A stretch of 64,000 bases of DNA from Deltaproteobacteria bacterium. Lineage in GTDB: Bacteria > Bdellovibrionota_B > Oligoflexia > Oligoflexales > Bog-1112. The position numbers and the translations under genes were made by a program. This document shows, piece after piece, positions 8,861 through 18,090 of the stretch. The stretch is from positions 1-64,000 of the forward strand of contig JAHFAI010000005.1 of the NCBI GenBank assembly GCA_023250635.1, written 5' to 3'. The notes under the pieces were generated by a model that was not told the DNA's origin, searched no databases, and worked only from the letters and a program-made list of their open reading frames with translations. Every line of letters begins with the position of its first letter. Within the stretch, counting starts at the first letter, position 1.

Positions 8861-9160
8861 ATGAAGCCACTACGCCCCCTCCTGTTTAGCTGGTCCCTGG
8901 GGATCAGCATCGATCTTCTGGTGATCGGAGCTTCACTCTTGTTTTTTATTCGCGTGCTCTCCCCGATGTTTCAAATAGAAGGACGGACCACCTACGAATT
9001 GCTGGTTCTTGAATATACCACCCTGGTCAATTTGCTGGGTGCCCCTCTCTGCTTACTCCTTCTGGGAGGGATAAGTGCGGTCTATTTAGCTATATTTTGG
9101 TGTTTTACTGCGGGAAGCATTGGAGGCTACGTACGAAAACTCCTGAGCCCCAAAAACTAA
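8861..9160 (+). CDS. Hypothetical small membrane protein (99 aa)
   Basis: Two or three hydrophobic segments. AAGGA lies upstream of the ATG. No family recognised. Confidence 0.4.
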   Translation: MKPLRPLLFSWSLGISIDLLVIGASLLFFIRVLSPMFQIEGRTTYELLVLEYTTLVNLLGAPLCLLLLGGISAVYLAIFWCFTAGSIGGYVRKLLSPKN

Positions 9161-9201
9161 TCGTGATTTAGCTTGGCATTTTTACCAAAAAACAGGGATT
9201 C

Positions 9202-9230
9202 TTGACGCCCCCTTCGCCACACGTTATAGT
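9202..9230 (+). promoter_or_regulatory. Sigma70-like promoter
   Basis: TTGACG (9202-9207), a 17-nt spacer and TATAGT (9225-9230), about 50 nt upstream of the 9279 ATG. Confidence 0.5.
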
Positions 9231-9278
9231 TAGCGTAGACCCCACTAGGTATTTGCCTTAAGAATTTTTGGAGGAGTG

Positions 9279-10202
9279 ATGCGACGCTCTGGAACCACGA
9301 AGTTTCAAAATTCCGTGCAGTTATTTAAATTTTGCCAGAAAGTACTCTCCGAAATCAAAGGCGGTAAAATCAACGATCAGGCAGTCGGGGCGATTCTCAA
9401 CTTCAATCCTTCGGATTGCAGTCATTGGAAACGAGGAGAGAAGAATATCAAATCGATTTTTTCTCTCGAAAAACTCGCAAAAGAACTTGGTCTCGAAATT
9501 TCCTTAATTCATGATCTCACTAGTGGCAGCATTACGGTCGACGAAGCCTATTTTGAATTTAGTGAAGCCAATAACTATCAACGCACCATCAAACAAGCGA
9601 AGCTTGCTCACCCCCAGGGGTATCAAGAAGTTCGCAAGACCATCACCAATTTCACCAGTTTTCTCCTAAAGCAAAGCAATTTCAACACGCCTCCCCTCTA
9701 CTTGCCCGAGGTCTTACGCTTCTTTCCCTTTATCAGTCTCCAGCCAGTGGAAATTCTCGATAAACTTTCGCGGATTTTACGGATTAAAAAGGGAAGCTAT
9801 ATCATCCAATTTAAGAAGGGCGAGCTCAAGCCACAAACGCGGATGAGTATCATCAAAGACGTAGCAAAAATCCTCTTCGAAGGGGAGCGTGAACGCTACC
9901 CCCAGCTCGGGGCTCGTCGAGAAGCGCTGGTCAATGTGGAGAAGCTTTTGTTTACCGCCGAGCTCCTCGCCCCCAAGCAGTTGCTGATTAGCGAAACCAC
10001 CAAAAGCGAAGCCCGGCAAAACATTATTGCTGAACAGGCTGCCCTCTTTTGGGTACCGAAGTCTCTGATTTGTTTTCAGTTGCAGGAAATTCTGCTGCAC
10101 GAACAGACCAGCAAGACAAGCAGCCAAGCAGAGACTCTCCGCGGCGGAGTCTATACAGAGCCCCTCCAGGGAGCCACGAGAAACGACGCCCAGCTACGCT
10201 AG
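9279..10202 (+). CDS. HTH (XRE-like) protein with a degenerate ImmA/IrrE-like C-terminal region
   Basis: The N-terminal about 90 aa looks like a helix-turn-helix module. The C-terminal segment ...TRMSIIKDVAKILFEGE...LLFTAELLAPKQLL resembles the ImmA/IrrE layout but has no HExxH. GGAGGAG RBS. Confidence 0.45.
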   Translation: MRRSGTTKFQNSVQLFKFCQKVLSEIKGGKINDQAVGAILNFNPSDCSHWKRGEKNIKSIFSLEKLAKELGLEISLIHDLTSGSITVDEAYFEFSEANNYQRTIKQAKLAHPQGYQEVRKTITNFTSFLLKQSNFNTPPLYLPEVLRFFPFISLQPVEILDKLSRILRIKKGSYIIQFKKGELKPQTRMSIIKDVAKILFEGERERYPQLGARREALVNVEKLLFTAELLAPKQLLISETTKSEARQNIIAEQAALFWVPKSLICFQLQEILLHEQTSKTSSQAETLRGGVYTEPLQGATRNDAQLR

Positions 10203-10287
10203 AACTACGGCGGTGAAGCGAGGCGACTGCCAGCCATCGCGCCAACGATTACCGTAAGATAGACAATATTTTCGTAGAGAAGGCAGA

Positions 10288-11358
10288 TTATCGCCCTTTG
10301 CGTCCGCGTTTAGAAGCTGCTTTTTTCTTGATCGCTGGCGCTTTGCGGGCCTTAAGCTTTGCAGCTGCTTTTTTCTTTTTGGCTACCCTCGTTTTTGCCA
10401 CCTTTTTCTTCTTCGCCAGCGGCCTCTTCGCTGCAGGCTTCTTCGCTTTAACAACAGGCTTCTTCGCTTTAACAACAGGCTTCTTCGCTTTAACAACAGG
10501 CTTCTTCGCTGCAGGCTTCTTCGCTTTAACAACAGGCTTCTTCGCTGCAGGCTTCTTCCCTACGGGCTTCTTCGCTGCAGGCTTCTTCCCTATTTTTTTC
10601 TTCTTCGCCCCAGCCACCTTCTTGGCTACCTTTTTCTTCTTCCCTACAGCAGTCTTTTTCACTGCTTTTTTCTTCTTCCCTACGCTCTTCTTAGCCAGCG
10701 GTTTTTTAGCTGCCGGCTTCTTCGCTACCTTAGCTTGTGCCTTAGCCTTCTTCCCAGCTGCTTTTTTCTTCTTCATCCCCAGCTTTGCGTGCGGTGCAGA
10801 TTTTTTCTTAGCAGCCCGGCGAGCAACGGGTTCTTCGCCATAGGCGTGCTCAGGGTCGAGTACTAACTCCACCTCTTCAAAATCATCGCCGGCATCATCA
10901 TCAGCATTGCTAAAGGAAAAAACCTCTTCTTCACCGCTCAGATCTTCAGCATCGCCTAAATCCCGAGGCTCGATTTCAATCTCCTCATGGTCATGGGAGG
11001 CAACATCGGCGGCGGCGCTGGTCAGCAATTCATCTTCATCTTCATGGGCTAAATCATCGTCGTCGCTATCGTCGTCATCATCTTCAGTGCTAAAAAAACG
11101 GTGGTCATCCCCGTCTTCTTCATCTTCGTCTTCATGGTGTTCGCGCGAACTAATTTCTATATAATCAAGAGTCTCATCTTCGTCTTGGTGATCGTTACTC
11201 CGGCCCTCCGCAAAAAGCCCGCGGCGCTGCTCTTCACCAGGAAAGCTTCCCTCCTCGTGGGCATGGATCGTGCGATCGTCTTCAAGCGCTGCAGGTGCTT
11301 TTACCGGGGCGAAGGGAGACTGTTCATCCTTGTTTGTAACATCATCATGCTCTGCCAT
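10288..11358 (-). CDS. Bipartite acidic / lysine-rich histone-H1-like protein (356 aa)
   Basis: The N-terminal about 185 aa is extremely D/E-rich. The C-terminal about 170 aa consists of KKPAAKKPVVKAKKP-type repeats. RBS AAGGTGAGAG. The antisense ORF is a low-complexity mirror. Confidence 0.8.
   Translation of the reverse strand: MAEHDDVTNKDEQSPFAPVKAPAALEDDRTIHAHEEGSFPGEEQRRGLFAEGRSNDHQDEDETLDYIEISSREHHEDEDEEDGDDHRFFSTEDDDDDSDDDDLAHEDEDELLTSAAADVASHDHEEIEIEPRDLGDAEDLSGEEEVFSFSNADDDAGDDFEEVELVLDPEHAYGEEPVARRAAKKKSAPHAKLGMKKKKAAGKKAKAQAKVAKKPAAKKPLAKKSVGKKKKAVKKTAVGKKKKVAKKVAGAKKKKIGKKPAAKKPVGKKPAAKKPVVKAKKPAAKKPVVKAKKPVVKAKKPVVKAKKPAAKRPLAKKKKVAKTRVAKKKKAAAKLKARKAPAIKKKAASKRGRKGR
10421..10592. 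repeat. In-frame tandem repeats (21-bp and 15-bp units) inside the lysine-rich CDS
   Basis: GGCTTCTTCGCTTTAACAACA occurs three times in tandem (10436-10498) and once more at 10514-10534. It is interleaved with GGCTTCTTCGCTGCA units. These encode the AKKPVVK / AAKKP repeats. Confidence 0.9.
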
Positions 11359-11500
11359 GTTCTCTCACCTTAAATAGACAATTAATTAAAATATAAAATA
11401 CTTCAAAAAAATTATTGTGCAAATCTGTCGCAGAAATAATTTACCTTTAAACACTCTAGTTATGATACAGCAAAATGTAAATGTAAAGTCCCGATAGTAT

Positions 11501-13321
11501 TCAAATCAACACCGAAATAATCTTTCCTGCTTCCACATCAACCAAACCTCGATCTGTAATTTTCAGCGCCCCAATTACCGGCAATGCCAAAAAAGACAAT
11601 TGAATAAAGGGCTGTTCTATATCGCACCCCATTGATTTTATTAATCTAATCAAGCTTGATACCGTTTCCGCAAGCAGCGCTGCCGGCTCAAAACTCATCA
11701 ATCCGGCAAGGGGCAGCGCAAGATGTTCTTTTTCATTATGGTTTTTCCAGACAACTATACCCCCATCGATTTCCCGGAGGTAAGCGACGCTTGCCGCCAT
11801 CGCTTCGGCATCTACTCCCACCACAATAATATTGTGACAATCGTGAGCAATGGTTGAGGCAATAGCCCCACAACGCAACTTAAATCCTTGCACAAATGCG
11901 CTGGCAAACCGCCCGCTCTCAAGGTGGCGTTCAATCACCGAGATTTTTAAAATATCTCGGCTCAGATCGGCGCCGACTTCCCCGCAAGAAACCGCCAGAG
12001 AAAGCGTGCGGTTTTCAGTGACCAGACTATTGCTGATCAACCCGATTACTCGTGCCCATACCTGCTCGGGATGCTCTGCCGCTTCAGCTGCAGGTCCCCA
12101 GGGAACGGCGATCTTAAACCAATCCTCGCAGATTTCGCCAAGCCGTATATTCCTCTGCCCCTCAGGGAAATAACGCTGGTGAGCAGCAGGAGAATCGTCG
12201 TAAGCAGCAAACATCTCCGCTGCGACCTCCTTGCCTTCCTTAAGGACCTGGCGAATCACAAAGCCATCGCCCCAAGCAGACTCGCCCCCTCGAGGCTCTA
12301 TCAGGCAAAGATCTGCTAAAAATCCCGGAGCCACTACCCCTCGATCATCAAGGCCGTAGGCTCGAGCTGCGGCAAAACTCGCCACCCGAAAAAGATCTTC
12401 CGGTCGATAGCCCAGTGCCAAACCCTGATGAATAAGAGCATCAATATGGCCATCAGCAGCCATATCCACGGGATTGCGGTCATCGCTACAAAAACACAGC
12501 ACTGCCGAACTGTAAGCCGTCAACAGCGGCAGAAGCGTGCGAGCGTTTTTAGCGCACGAACCTTCGCGAATTAAAACATGCATGCCTTTTTGTAACTTTT
12601 CCCGAGCCTCGGCGAGTTCGCTGGATTCGTGACAACTATGGATGCCACTAGCTGCATAAGCATTCAATTCCTTACCGCTCAATCCGGGGCAGTGACCATC
12701 GCGCTTTGTCCGACTAAATAAGCTTAATTTAGCTAAAGTTTCTTTTTCGCCGGCTAGGACACTGGGATAATCCATCATCTCGGCTAGCCCTAACACCCGG
12801 GGGTGCTCTTTAAAACAGGCGAGCTCTGCAGCACTGAGGCAAAAAGCACCAGTCTCAAGATTGCGGAAGCGATCGGTAGACGGTACGCAGCTGGGCAACA
12901 TCAATAAAATATCGAGGGCTAAGCCTGCCGATACTCCCAGGGCCCACTCAAGGCCAGCTTTTCCTTTTACATTAGCAATTTCATGGGGATCCCAAATTGC
13001 CGTCGTTGTCCCGCGCGGAAGGACGGCCGATGCAAAGTGATGAGGAGTCATCAAGCTCGATTCGATATGCACATGGGTATCAATAAATCCCGGCACCACC
13101 ACACAGCCTCGCCCATCGAGGTAGCGCCTACCCTCGTAAGAGCCCCCGGTTGCCGCGATATGGGCAGCCGACAAGGCGATATCTCCCGCAATGAACTCAC
13201 CACTATACACATCGAGAAAACGAGCGTTTTTAATAACCAGGTCGGCTAGCTCAAGGCCTCGTGCTACCATAATTGTTTGGCGAAGAACTTCCTCGCTGGG
13301 ATAGGCTGCCTTAAAACGCAT
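11501..13321 (-). CDS. ade: Adenine deaminase
   Basis: PGFIDTHVHIESS metal-binding motif and about 606 aa, typical of adenine deaminase. Confidence 0.85.
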   Translation of the reverse strand: MRFKAAYPSEEVLRQTIMVARGLELADLVIKNARFLDVYSGEFIAGDIALSAAHIAATGGSYEGRRYLDGRGCVVVPGFIDTHVHIESSLMTPHHFASAVLPRGTTTAIWDPHEIANVKGKAGLEWALGVSAGLALDILLMLPSCVPSTDRFRNLETGAFCLSAAELACFKEHPRVLGLAEMMDYPSVLAGEKETLAKLSLFSRTKRDGHCPGLSGKELNAYAASGIHSCHESSELAEAREKLQKGMHVLIREGSCAKNARTLLPLLTAYSSAVLCFCSDDRNPVDMAADGHIDALIHQGLALGYRPEDLFRVASFAAARAYGLDDRGVVAPGFLADLCLIEPRGGESAWGDGFVIRQVLKEGKEVAAEMFAAYDDSPAAHQRYFPEGQRNIRLGEICEDWFKIAVPWGPAAEAAEHPEQVWARVIGLISNSLVTENRTLSLAVSCGEVGADLSRDILKISVIERHLESGRFASAFVQGFKLRCGAIASTIAHDCHNIIVVGVDAEAMAASVAYLREIDGGIVVWKNHNEKEHLALPLAGLMSFEPAALLAETVSSLIRLIKSMGCDIEQPFIQLSFLALPVIGALKITDRGLVDVEAGKIISVLI

Positions 13322-13464
13322 ATTTTTTCTTTCCTAGAAGAAGCGTTATTAGGTATACCTTCAAGGCTTACTAGAAAAAGCCGTGGTCAACACTTTAGCA
13401 ACTACTGCTTAAAAGTCATTAAAAAACAAGATGATACTAACTTTTTAAGCCTACCAGGTGATTT

Positions 13465-14991
13465 ATGAACAAAGCGGTGCGTCATGCCATTAGTCCCAGG
13501 CGAGCAGAAAACTACCCCGAATGGTATCAGCAAACCATCAAAGCGGCGGATTTGGGCGAAAACTCTCCGGTTCGGGGTTGCATGGTCATCAAACCCTGGG
13601 GCTACGCTATTTGGGAGCTTATGCAAAAATTCCTTGATGCAAAAATCAAGGAAACCGGGCATGAAAATGCCTATTTCCCCCTACTCATTCCCCTGAGTTT
13701 TTTGGAAAAAGAAGCCTCCCATGTGGAAGGCTTTGCCAAGGAATGCGCCGTGGTCACCCATCATCGGCTCGAGACAGGCCCCGAGGGTGGCTTAATACCA
13801 GCAGGCCCTCTGCAAGAACCTTACGTGATCAGGCCCACCAGCGAGACCATTATCGGTTATTTTTATAGCAAATGGATAAACTCCCACCGCGATCTGCCCC
13901 TCTTGATCAACCAATGGGCAAACGTTATGCGTTGGGAAATGCGTCCCCGGCTTTTTTTGCGCACCAGCGAGTTTCTCTGGCAAGAAGGGCACACCGCTCA
14001 CGCCACTGCCCAAGAGGCTGAAGAAGAAACCCTACGCATGCTTGATGTCTACGTGGATTTTGCCGAGAACTGCTTGGCGATGCCGGTAATCAAAGGCAGC
14101 AAAACTGCCGGTGAGCGCTTTCCTGGAGCGGTCGACACCTACTGCATCGAAGCAATGATGCAAGATGGCAAGGCGATTCAAGCGGGAACCTCCCACTTTC
14201 TCGGACAGAATTTTGCTAAAAGCTCAGAGATTAAGTTTGCTGATATGGATGGCTCCGAAAAATATGCCTGGACCACCTCGTGGGGGGTGACCACCCGTTT
14301 GATTGGTGGTTTAATTATGACCCATGGGGATGACGATGGTCTTATTCTTCCGCCCCGGGTTGCGCCACGCCAGCTGGTGATCCTGCCTATCTACAAATCC
14401 CCCGAAGAGCGCCAGGAGGTTCTAGCTTACTGTCGTTGCTTACAAGCTTCCTGGCAAGAACTGCGCTTCGCTGATGAAAAAATTCGCGTGGCCATCGATG
14501 ATCGCGATATCCGCGGTGGCGAAAAAGCCTGGTCCCAGGTAAAAAAAGGCGTTCCCCTACGGGTTGAAATCGGTCCCAAGGAAGTGCGTGATCACAAAAT
14601 TTGCTATGCTCGTCGTGATCAGCCGAGCAGTGCCAAGCAGTTTGTCGCGAGCAGCGAATTCACCGCTCAGCTTCCCCAACTACTCGCTGATATGCAGCAG
14701 GGTTTATTTGCCAAGGCTCTTAGGGAACGCCAAGCCCGTACTCGAGAAATCAACTCGCTTGCCGAATTTGAAGCTTTCTTTAAAGAAGATGCCGGTCTTG
14801 CTGGTGGTGGTTTTGCCCTCTGTCACTTTGATGAATCAGCGAGCGATCATGAACTCCTTAAAACTTACAAAGTAAGTCCCCGTTGTTATCCCCTGGAGCA
14901 GGCCACCTTTACACCAAGGGCCGAGGTCGGCAGCTGTCTCTTTACCGGCAAAACTTCTACTCGTCGGGTGATCATGGCAAAATCCTATTAA
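13465..14991 (+). CDS. proS: Proline--tRNA ligase, archaeal/eukaryote-like type
   Basis: N-terminal NYPEWYQQTIKAADL...VRGCMVIKPWGYAIWE. No bacterial INS editing insertion. About 508 aa, ending in the conserved C-terminal Tyr (...MAKSY). Confidence 0.92.
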   Translation: MNKAVRHAISPRRAENYPEWYQQTIKAADLGENSPVRGCMVIKPWGYAIWELMQKFLDAKIKETGHENAYFPLLIPLSFLEKEASHVEGFAKECAVVTHHRLETGPEGGLIPAGPLQEPYVIRPTSETIIGYFYSKWINSHRDLPLLINQWANVMRWEMRPRLFLRTSEFLWQEGHTAHATAQEAEEETLRMLDVYVDFAENCLAMPVIKGSKTAGERFPGAVDTYCIEAMMQDGKAIQAGTSHFLGQNFAKSSEIKFADMDGSEKYAWTTSWGVTTRLIGGLIMTHGDDDGLILPPRVAPRQLVILPIYKSPEERQEVLAYCRCLQASWQELRFADEKIRVAIDDRDIRGGEKAWSQVKKGVPLRVEIGPKEVRDHKICYARRDQPSSAKQFVASSEFTAQLPQLLADMQQGLFAKALRERQARTREINSLAEFEAFFKEDAGLAGGGFALCHFDESASDHELLKTYKVSPRCYPLEQATFTPRAEVGSCLFTGKTSTRRVIMAKSY

Positions 14992-15017
14992 AAATGCTGA
15001 AGCGAGATTTATTTTAG

Positions 15018-15716
15018 ATGAAACATAAGCGCTTTATTCTTACCCTCATGGCGGTGCTTATCCCCTTAGGGATTATCGTAGTTTACGGGGGCAAGAAGAT
15101 GTTAAATGCCCGCCCCGGAGCTAGCCAGTATTTTAATGAAGCAAGTGCTGCCTACCATGCTAAGGATTTTGTTAAGGCAGGCGCAATAATCGCTGCCCAG
15201 CAAAGCAAAATTCTCGCTGAAGCAGAGGGCTGTGAACTTATTATTTCTGTCTATGCCGAGCTCGCAAATTTTTCGGCTTTGGAGGAGGTTTCACGAAGCT
15301 GCATCGCCACAAATCGAGCTGAGGGTATCGCTCATGAGGGGCTCGCCTTTAGTCTCTCCTCTCAGGGAAAAATTGCTGAAGCACTTACTGCTCTTGAAGC
15401 CGAGCAGCACAAAAAACCTGAGGTCCCGCGCATTGCCATCGCCTTGGCCCGCTTATTAGTTATGAGCGGGCAGGAGGAGCGAGGGGGCACGCTTTTTATA
15501 AGGGTTATCGAGAAAGAAACAAGCTGGTCCATGTGGCTTGCCGAAGCCCTCAAACAATCAGCCCTGCTCAAGCAGGCTAATTTTGTAGAAAAACTCAGCC
15601 AAGTAGTGTTAAAAAAAGAACTGGTATTTGCCCAACTGGAGGAAAAACTCGAAGCTGCTGCCCGAGCCCTTGAGCTTAAAGAGCTTGCCGAACTTCTAGC
15701 AGATCGGCACAAGTAA
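15018..15716 (+). CDS. Hypothetical membrane-anchored helical-repeat (TPR-like) protein
   Basis: N-terminal TM segment (FILTLMAVLIPLGIIVVY) followed by an Ala/Leu/Glu-rich helical region. No clear RBS. Confidence 0.45.
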   Translation: MKHKRFILTLMAVLIPLGIIVVYGGKKMLNARPGASQYFNEASAAYHAKDFVKAGAIIAAQQSKILAEAEGCELIISVYAELANFSALEEVSRSCIATNRAEGIAHEGLAFSLSSQGKIAEALTALEAEQHKKPEVPRIAIALARLLVMSGQEERGGTLFIRVIEKETSWSMWLAEALKQSALLKQANFVEKLSQVVLKKELVFAQLEEKLEAAARALELKELAELLADRHK

Positions 15717-15735
15717 CCCTAAGAGGAATTCTGCT

Positions 15736-17064
15736 ATGAAGACCCTATCAAGCCTTTTTGGCGAGCATCTCAGCATCCTCAACCAGCGTTTTATCCCCAT
15801 CTTAGAAAAAAATGCTTTACCCGGTTTGGTGATTGCGGCAGGTGCCCCCATGCTGCACTACGCTGATGATCGCTCTGCCTATTTTTACCCCACCCCGCAT
15901 TTTGCTTATTGGTGCCCGGCCCAGGGCCCCCATCATCTGCTGGTGATTCGCCCCGGAGAGAAAACTCAGGTATTTTTGCTGCGCGAGAACGATTATTGGC
16001 ACGAGGCGCCGGTGGCTCCCGAAGCGTTTTGGGCTGAGCACATGACGGTGGAGCTCTGTCACGATAAAGCTTCCCTGTGGAAGGATCTCCCTGCATGGAA
16101 AAACTTTGGCTATATCGGCCCCGAGGCTGAGCTCAGTGGACGCCACCATCAACTGCTGGTCAATCCTCCTCGGCTTTTAGCTAACGCCGATTGGGCCAGG
16201 GCACAAAAAACTGCTTATGAGATTCATTGCTTGCGGGAAGCAAACAAAAAAGCTGCCCTCGGCCACCAAGCCGTGCGCTCTGCCTTTGCCAGCGGAGCCT
16301 CGGAGCGCCAGCTGCATCAATTGTATGTCACCACCCTCGGCTGCACTGATGATGAGCTCCCCTACCACACCATCATTGGTATCGATAAATTTTCGAGTAT
16401 TCTTCATTATCAAAACAAACGAGATATTCGCGATGGTTCGGTGCTCCTAATCGACGCCGGTGCAAAATACTATCAGTATGGTTCCGATATTACCCGCACC
16501 TATGCGCGCGCTTCGGCTCCTGAGAGCTTTCGCAATCTCCTCGGCGCTATGGAAGCCCTCCAGCAGGAGCTCTGCAATGCGGTGAGCGCTGGAATTAGCT
16601 TTGCTGAACTCCACGAAAAATGCCATATCCTCCTCGCCCAAGTACTGCTCGATCAGCAGCTGCTCAAAAACTGCAGTATTGACGAAGCCATAGATCGCAA
16701 TCTGACCTTTGCGTTTCTCCCCCATGGTCTCGGTCATATGCTGGGTGTCCAGGTGCACGATGTATCGGGTAAGCAGGCTGATGAAGATGGCTCCCCCTGC
16801 ATCCCTGTGCCCCGCTTTCCCCTGCTCCGTACCTTGCGGCCTCTCCGTGATCAGGATGTGGTAACCATCGAGCCGGGACTGTATTTTATTCCGCTATTAC
16901 TAGAAAAAATGCAGCAGGGTGAGCTGGGACGCTATGGCAATTTCCCCCTGCTGGCTGAGTTGATCCCTTATGGGGGGATTCGCATTGAGGACGACGTGGT
17001 GGTTGGCCGGGCTAGTCGAGAAAATCTGACTCGGCAATTTTTGGGCAATGAGTTTCTTCTCTAG
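15736..17064 (+). CDS. pepQ: Xaa-Pro dipeptidase (M24B)
   Basis: Pita-bread metal-ligand motifs LIDAGAKYYQYGSDITRT, HGLGHMLG, IEPGLYF and GGIRIEDDV. AGAGGA RBS. Confidence 0.85.
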   Translation: MKTLSSLFGEHLSILNQRFIPILEKNALPGLVIAAGAPMLHYADDRSAYFYPTPHFAYWCPAQGPHHLLVIRPGEKTQVFLLRENDYWHEAPVAPEAFWAEHMTVELCHDKASLWKDLPAWKNFGYIGPEAELSGRHHQLLVNPPRLLANADWARAQKTAYEIHCLREANKKAALGHQAVRSAFASGASERQLHQLYVTTLGCTDDELPYHTIIGIDKFSSILHYQNKRDIRDGSVLLIDAGAKYYQYGSDITRTYARASAPESFRNLLGAMEALQQELCNAVSAGISFAELHEKCHILLAQVLLDQQLLKNCSIDEAIDRNLTFAFLPHGLGHMLGVQVHDVSGKQADEDGSPCIPVPRFPLLRTLRPLRDQDVVTIEPGLYFIPLLLEKMQQGELGRYGNFPLLAELIPYGGIRIEDDVVVGRASRENLTRQFLGNEFLL

Positions 17065-17070
17065 AAGAGA

Positions 17071-18090
17071 TTAGCCACTAGAAAAACTAAACTCCGGTTT
17101 ATAAGCAGTGAAAAAAACTTTCTGGGTAGGGGCTAGTCCCTCTACCTTACAGGGGATCTCATAAATATCTTGATCAAATATCCCCGCAATTTTTAGGGAG
17201 AAATCACCAATTTTCTCCCGTGCAACAAACACCAGCTCAAGCCGAGCTAGCAGAGTTAAAGCATTGCCCGCTTCTCCCTCCAATTCAAGCCGAGCTGAAA
17301 TCGGTGATGCCAACTGCCTATTGAGCTCTACCCGCACCCCCCGCCGCAAGAGAATCGCTATGGGGGAGAACATCGCCTCTCGTTCCCCGCAAGCAATAAA
17401 CTCCTGCTCTTTACGCTTTAGTTCGAGCCGAGCTTCGAGCAATTCTAAGGGAATACTCAGGGAAAATCTCAGAGTTTTTTCCTCGCGAAACAACTCGGCA
17501 GAGGGACTATGGAGGAGCAGTACCCGAGGAGAAAGCTCTCCAGCTTTTTTTCGCCAAGAAAAGCCAACGGAATATCTGTTACCCCCATTAGTTAAACGCG
17601 CTGGTCGCAGCATGCCTCGTCCCCCCTGACTTACCGTCACCTCCATTAAGGCCGGTAACGAGCTCCCCCCGGGAAAGAGCTGATAGAAAGTCAGCAGGCG
17701 CACCCGTTTAACGGGATAGACGAGATAATAGGTAACTGTTTTGGCCATAAGCTCGCTTACCCTGAGGCCGTGAGGCCCCACCCTCATGGCTTTAGTCTGG
17801 ATAAGCTTCCCGCTAAGTCTACGCCCACTTTGTTCATGGAGATGCAAACACTCAAGGAGAAAAGCCCCGTGGCCCTTGATTGCTTGCTGGAGTACTTGCT
17901 GCCCAAGAAAACCCTGTTCATTCGCCTGGGCTGCTTGATACAAGGTGAAATCTTCATACATCACCGTAAGGGCAACCCGCACCTGTTCAGCACTTACTTC
18001 CACCTGCGCCGTGGTCAATGAAATGGGGTGGGCAAAGGACACTGCCCTCACCAGCACCAGTACCACTATCAGCACCCCTGATTTCAACAT
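17071..18090 (-). CDS. Hypothetical secreted protein whose predicted mature N-terminus starts with His
   Basis: Signal peptide ...VRAVSFA followed by HPISLTTAQVEV...MYEDF. From memory this pattern resembles DUF6702-type proteins (unverified). The start overlaps the GH38 stop by 7 nt. Confidence 0.55.
   Translation of the reverse strand: MLKSGVLIVVLVLVRAVSFAHPISLTTAQVEVSAEQVRVALTVMYEDFTLYQAAQANEQGFLGQQVLQQAIKGHGAFLLECLHLHEQSGRRLSGKLIQTKAMRVGPHGLRVSELMAKTVTYYLVYPVKRVRLLTFYQLFPGGSSLPALMEVTVSQGGRGMLRPARLTNGGNRYSVGFSWRKKAGELSPRVLLLHSPSAELFREEKTLRFSLSIPLELLEARLELKRKEQEFIACGEREAMFSPIAILLRRGVRVELNRQLASPISARLELEGEAGNALTLLARLELVFVAREKIGDFSLKIAGIFDQDIYEIPCKVEGLAPTQKVFFTAYKPEFSFSSG

Noticed and set aside
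8679-8870. A 64-aa N-terminal extension of CysRS containing a hydrophobic segment
   Set aside because: Canonical CysRS begins about 20-25 aa before the YxCG/HIGH region, which matches ATG 8678. The extension covers an intergenic repeat region (inverted repeat plus MITE-end copy). I trimmed similar over-long track ORFs for lon (27119-27241), mutL (34228-34335), GH38 (21309-21455), ccmH (39384-39509), engB, greA, rpmG and uvrC.
10421-10592. Regular short repeats as a possible CRISPR array
   Set aside because: The units are contiguous with no spacers, are in-frame multiples of 3 (21 and 15 bp), and lie inside a CDS encoding peptide repeats.
10298-10843. 181-aa plus-strand ORF rich in Phe/Ala/Leu, antisense to the lysine-rich gene; likewise 53596..53943 and 53678..54019 on the minus strand
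   Set aside because: These are mirror-image artefacts of AAG/AAA-rich coding repeats. The lysine-rich frames have an RBS and biologically known analogues.
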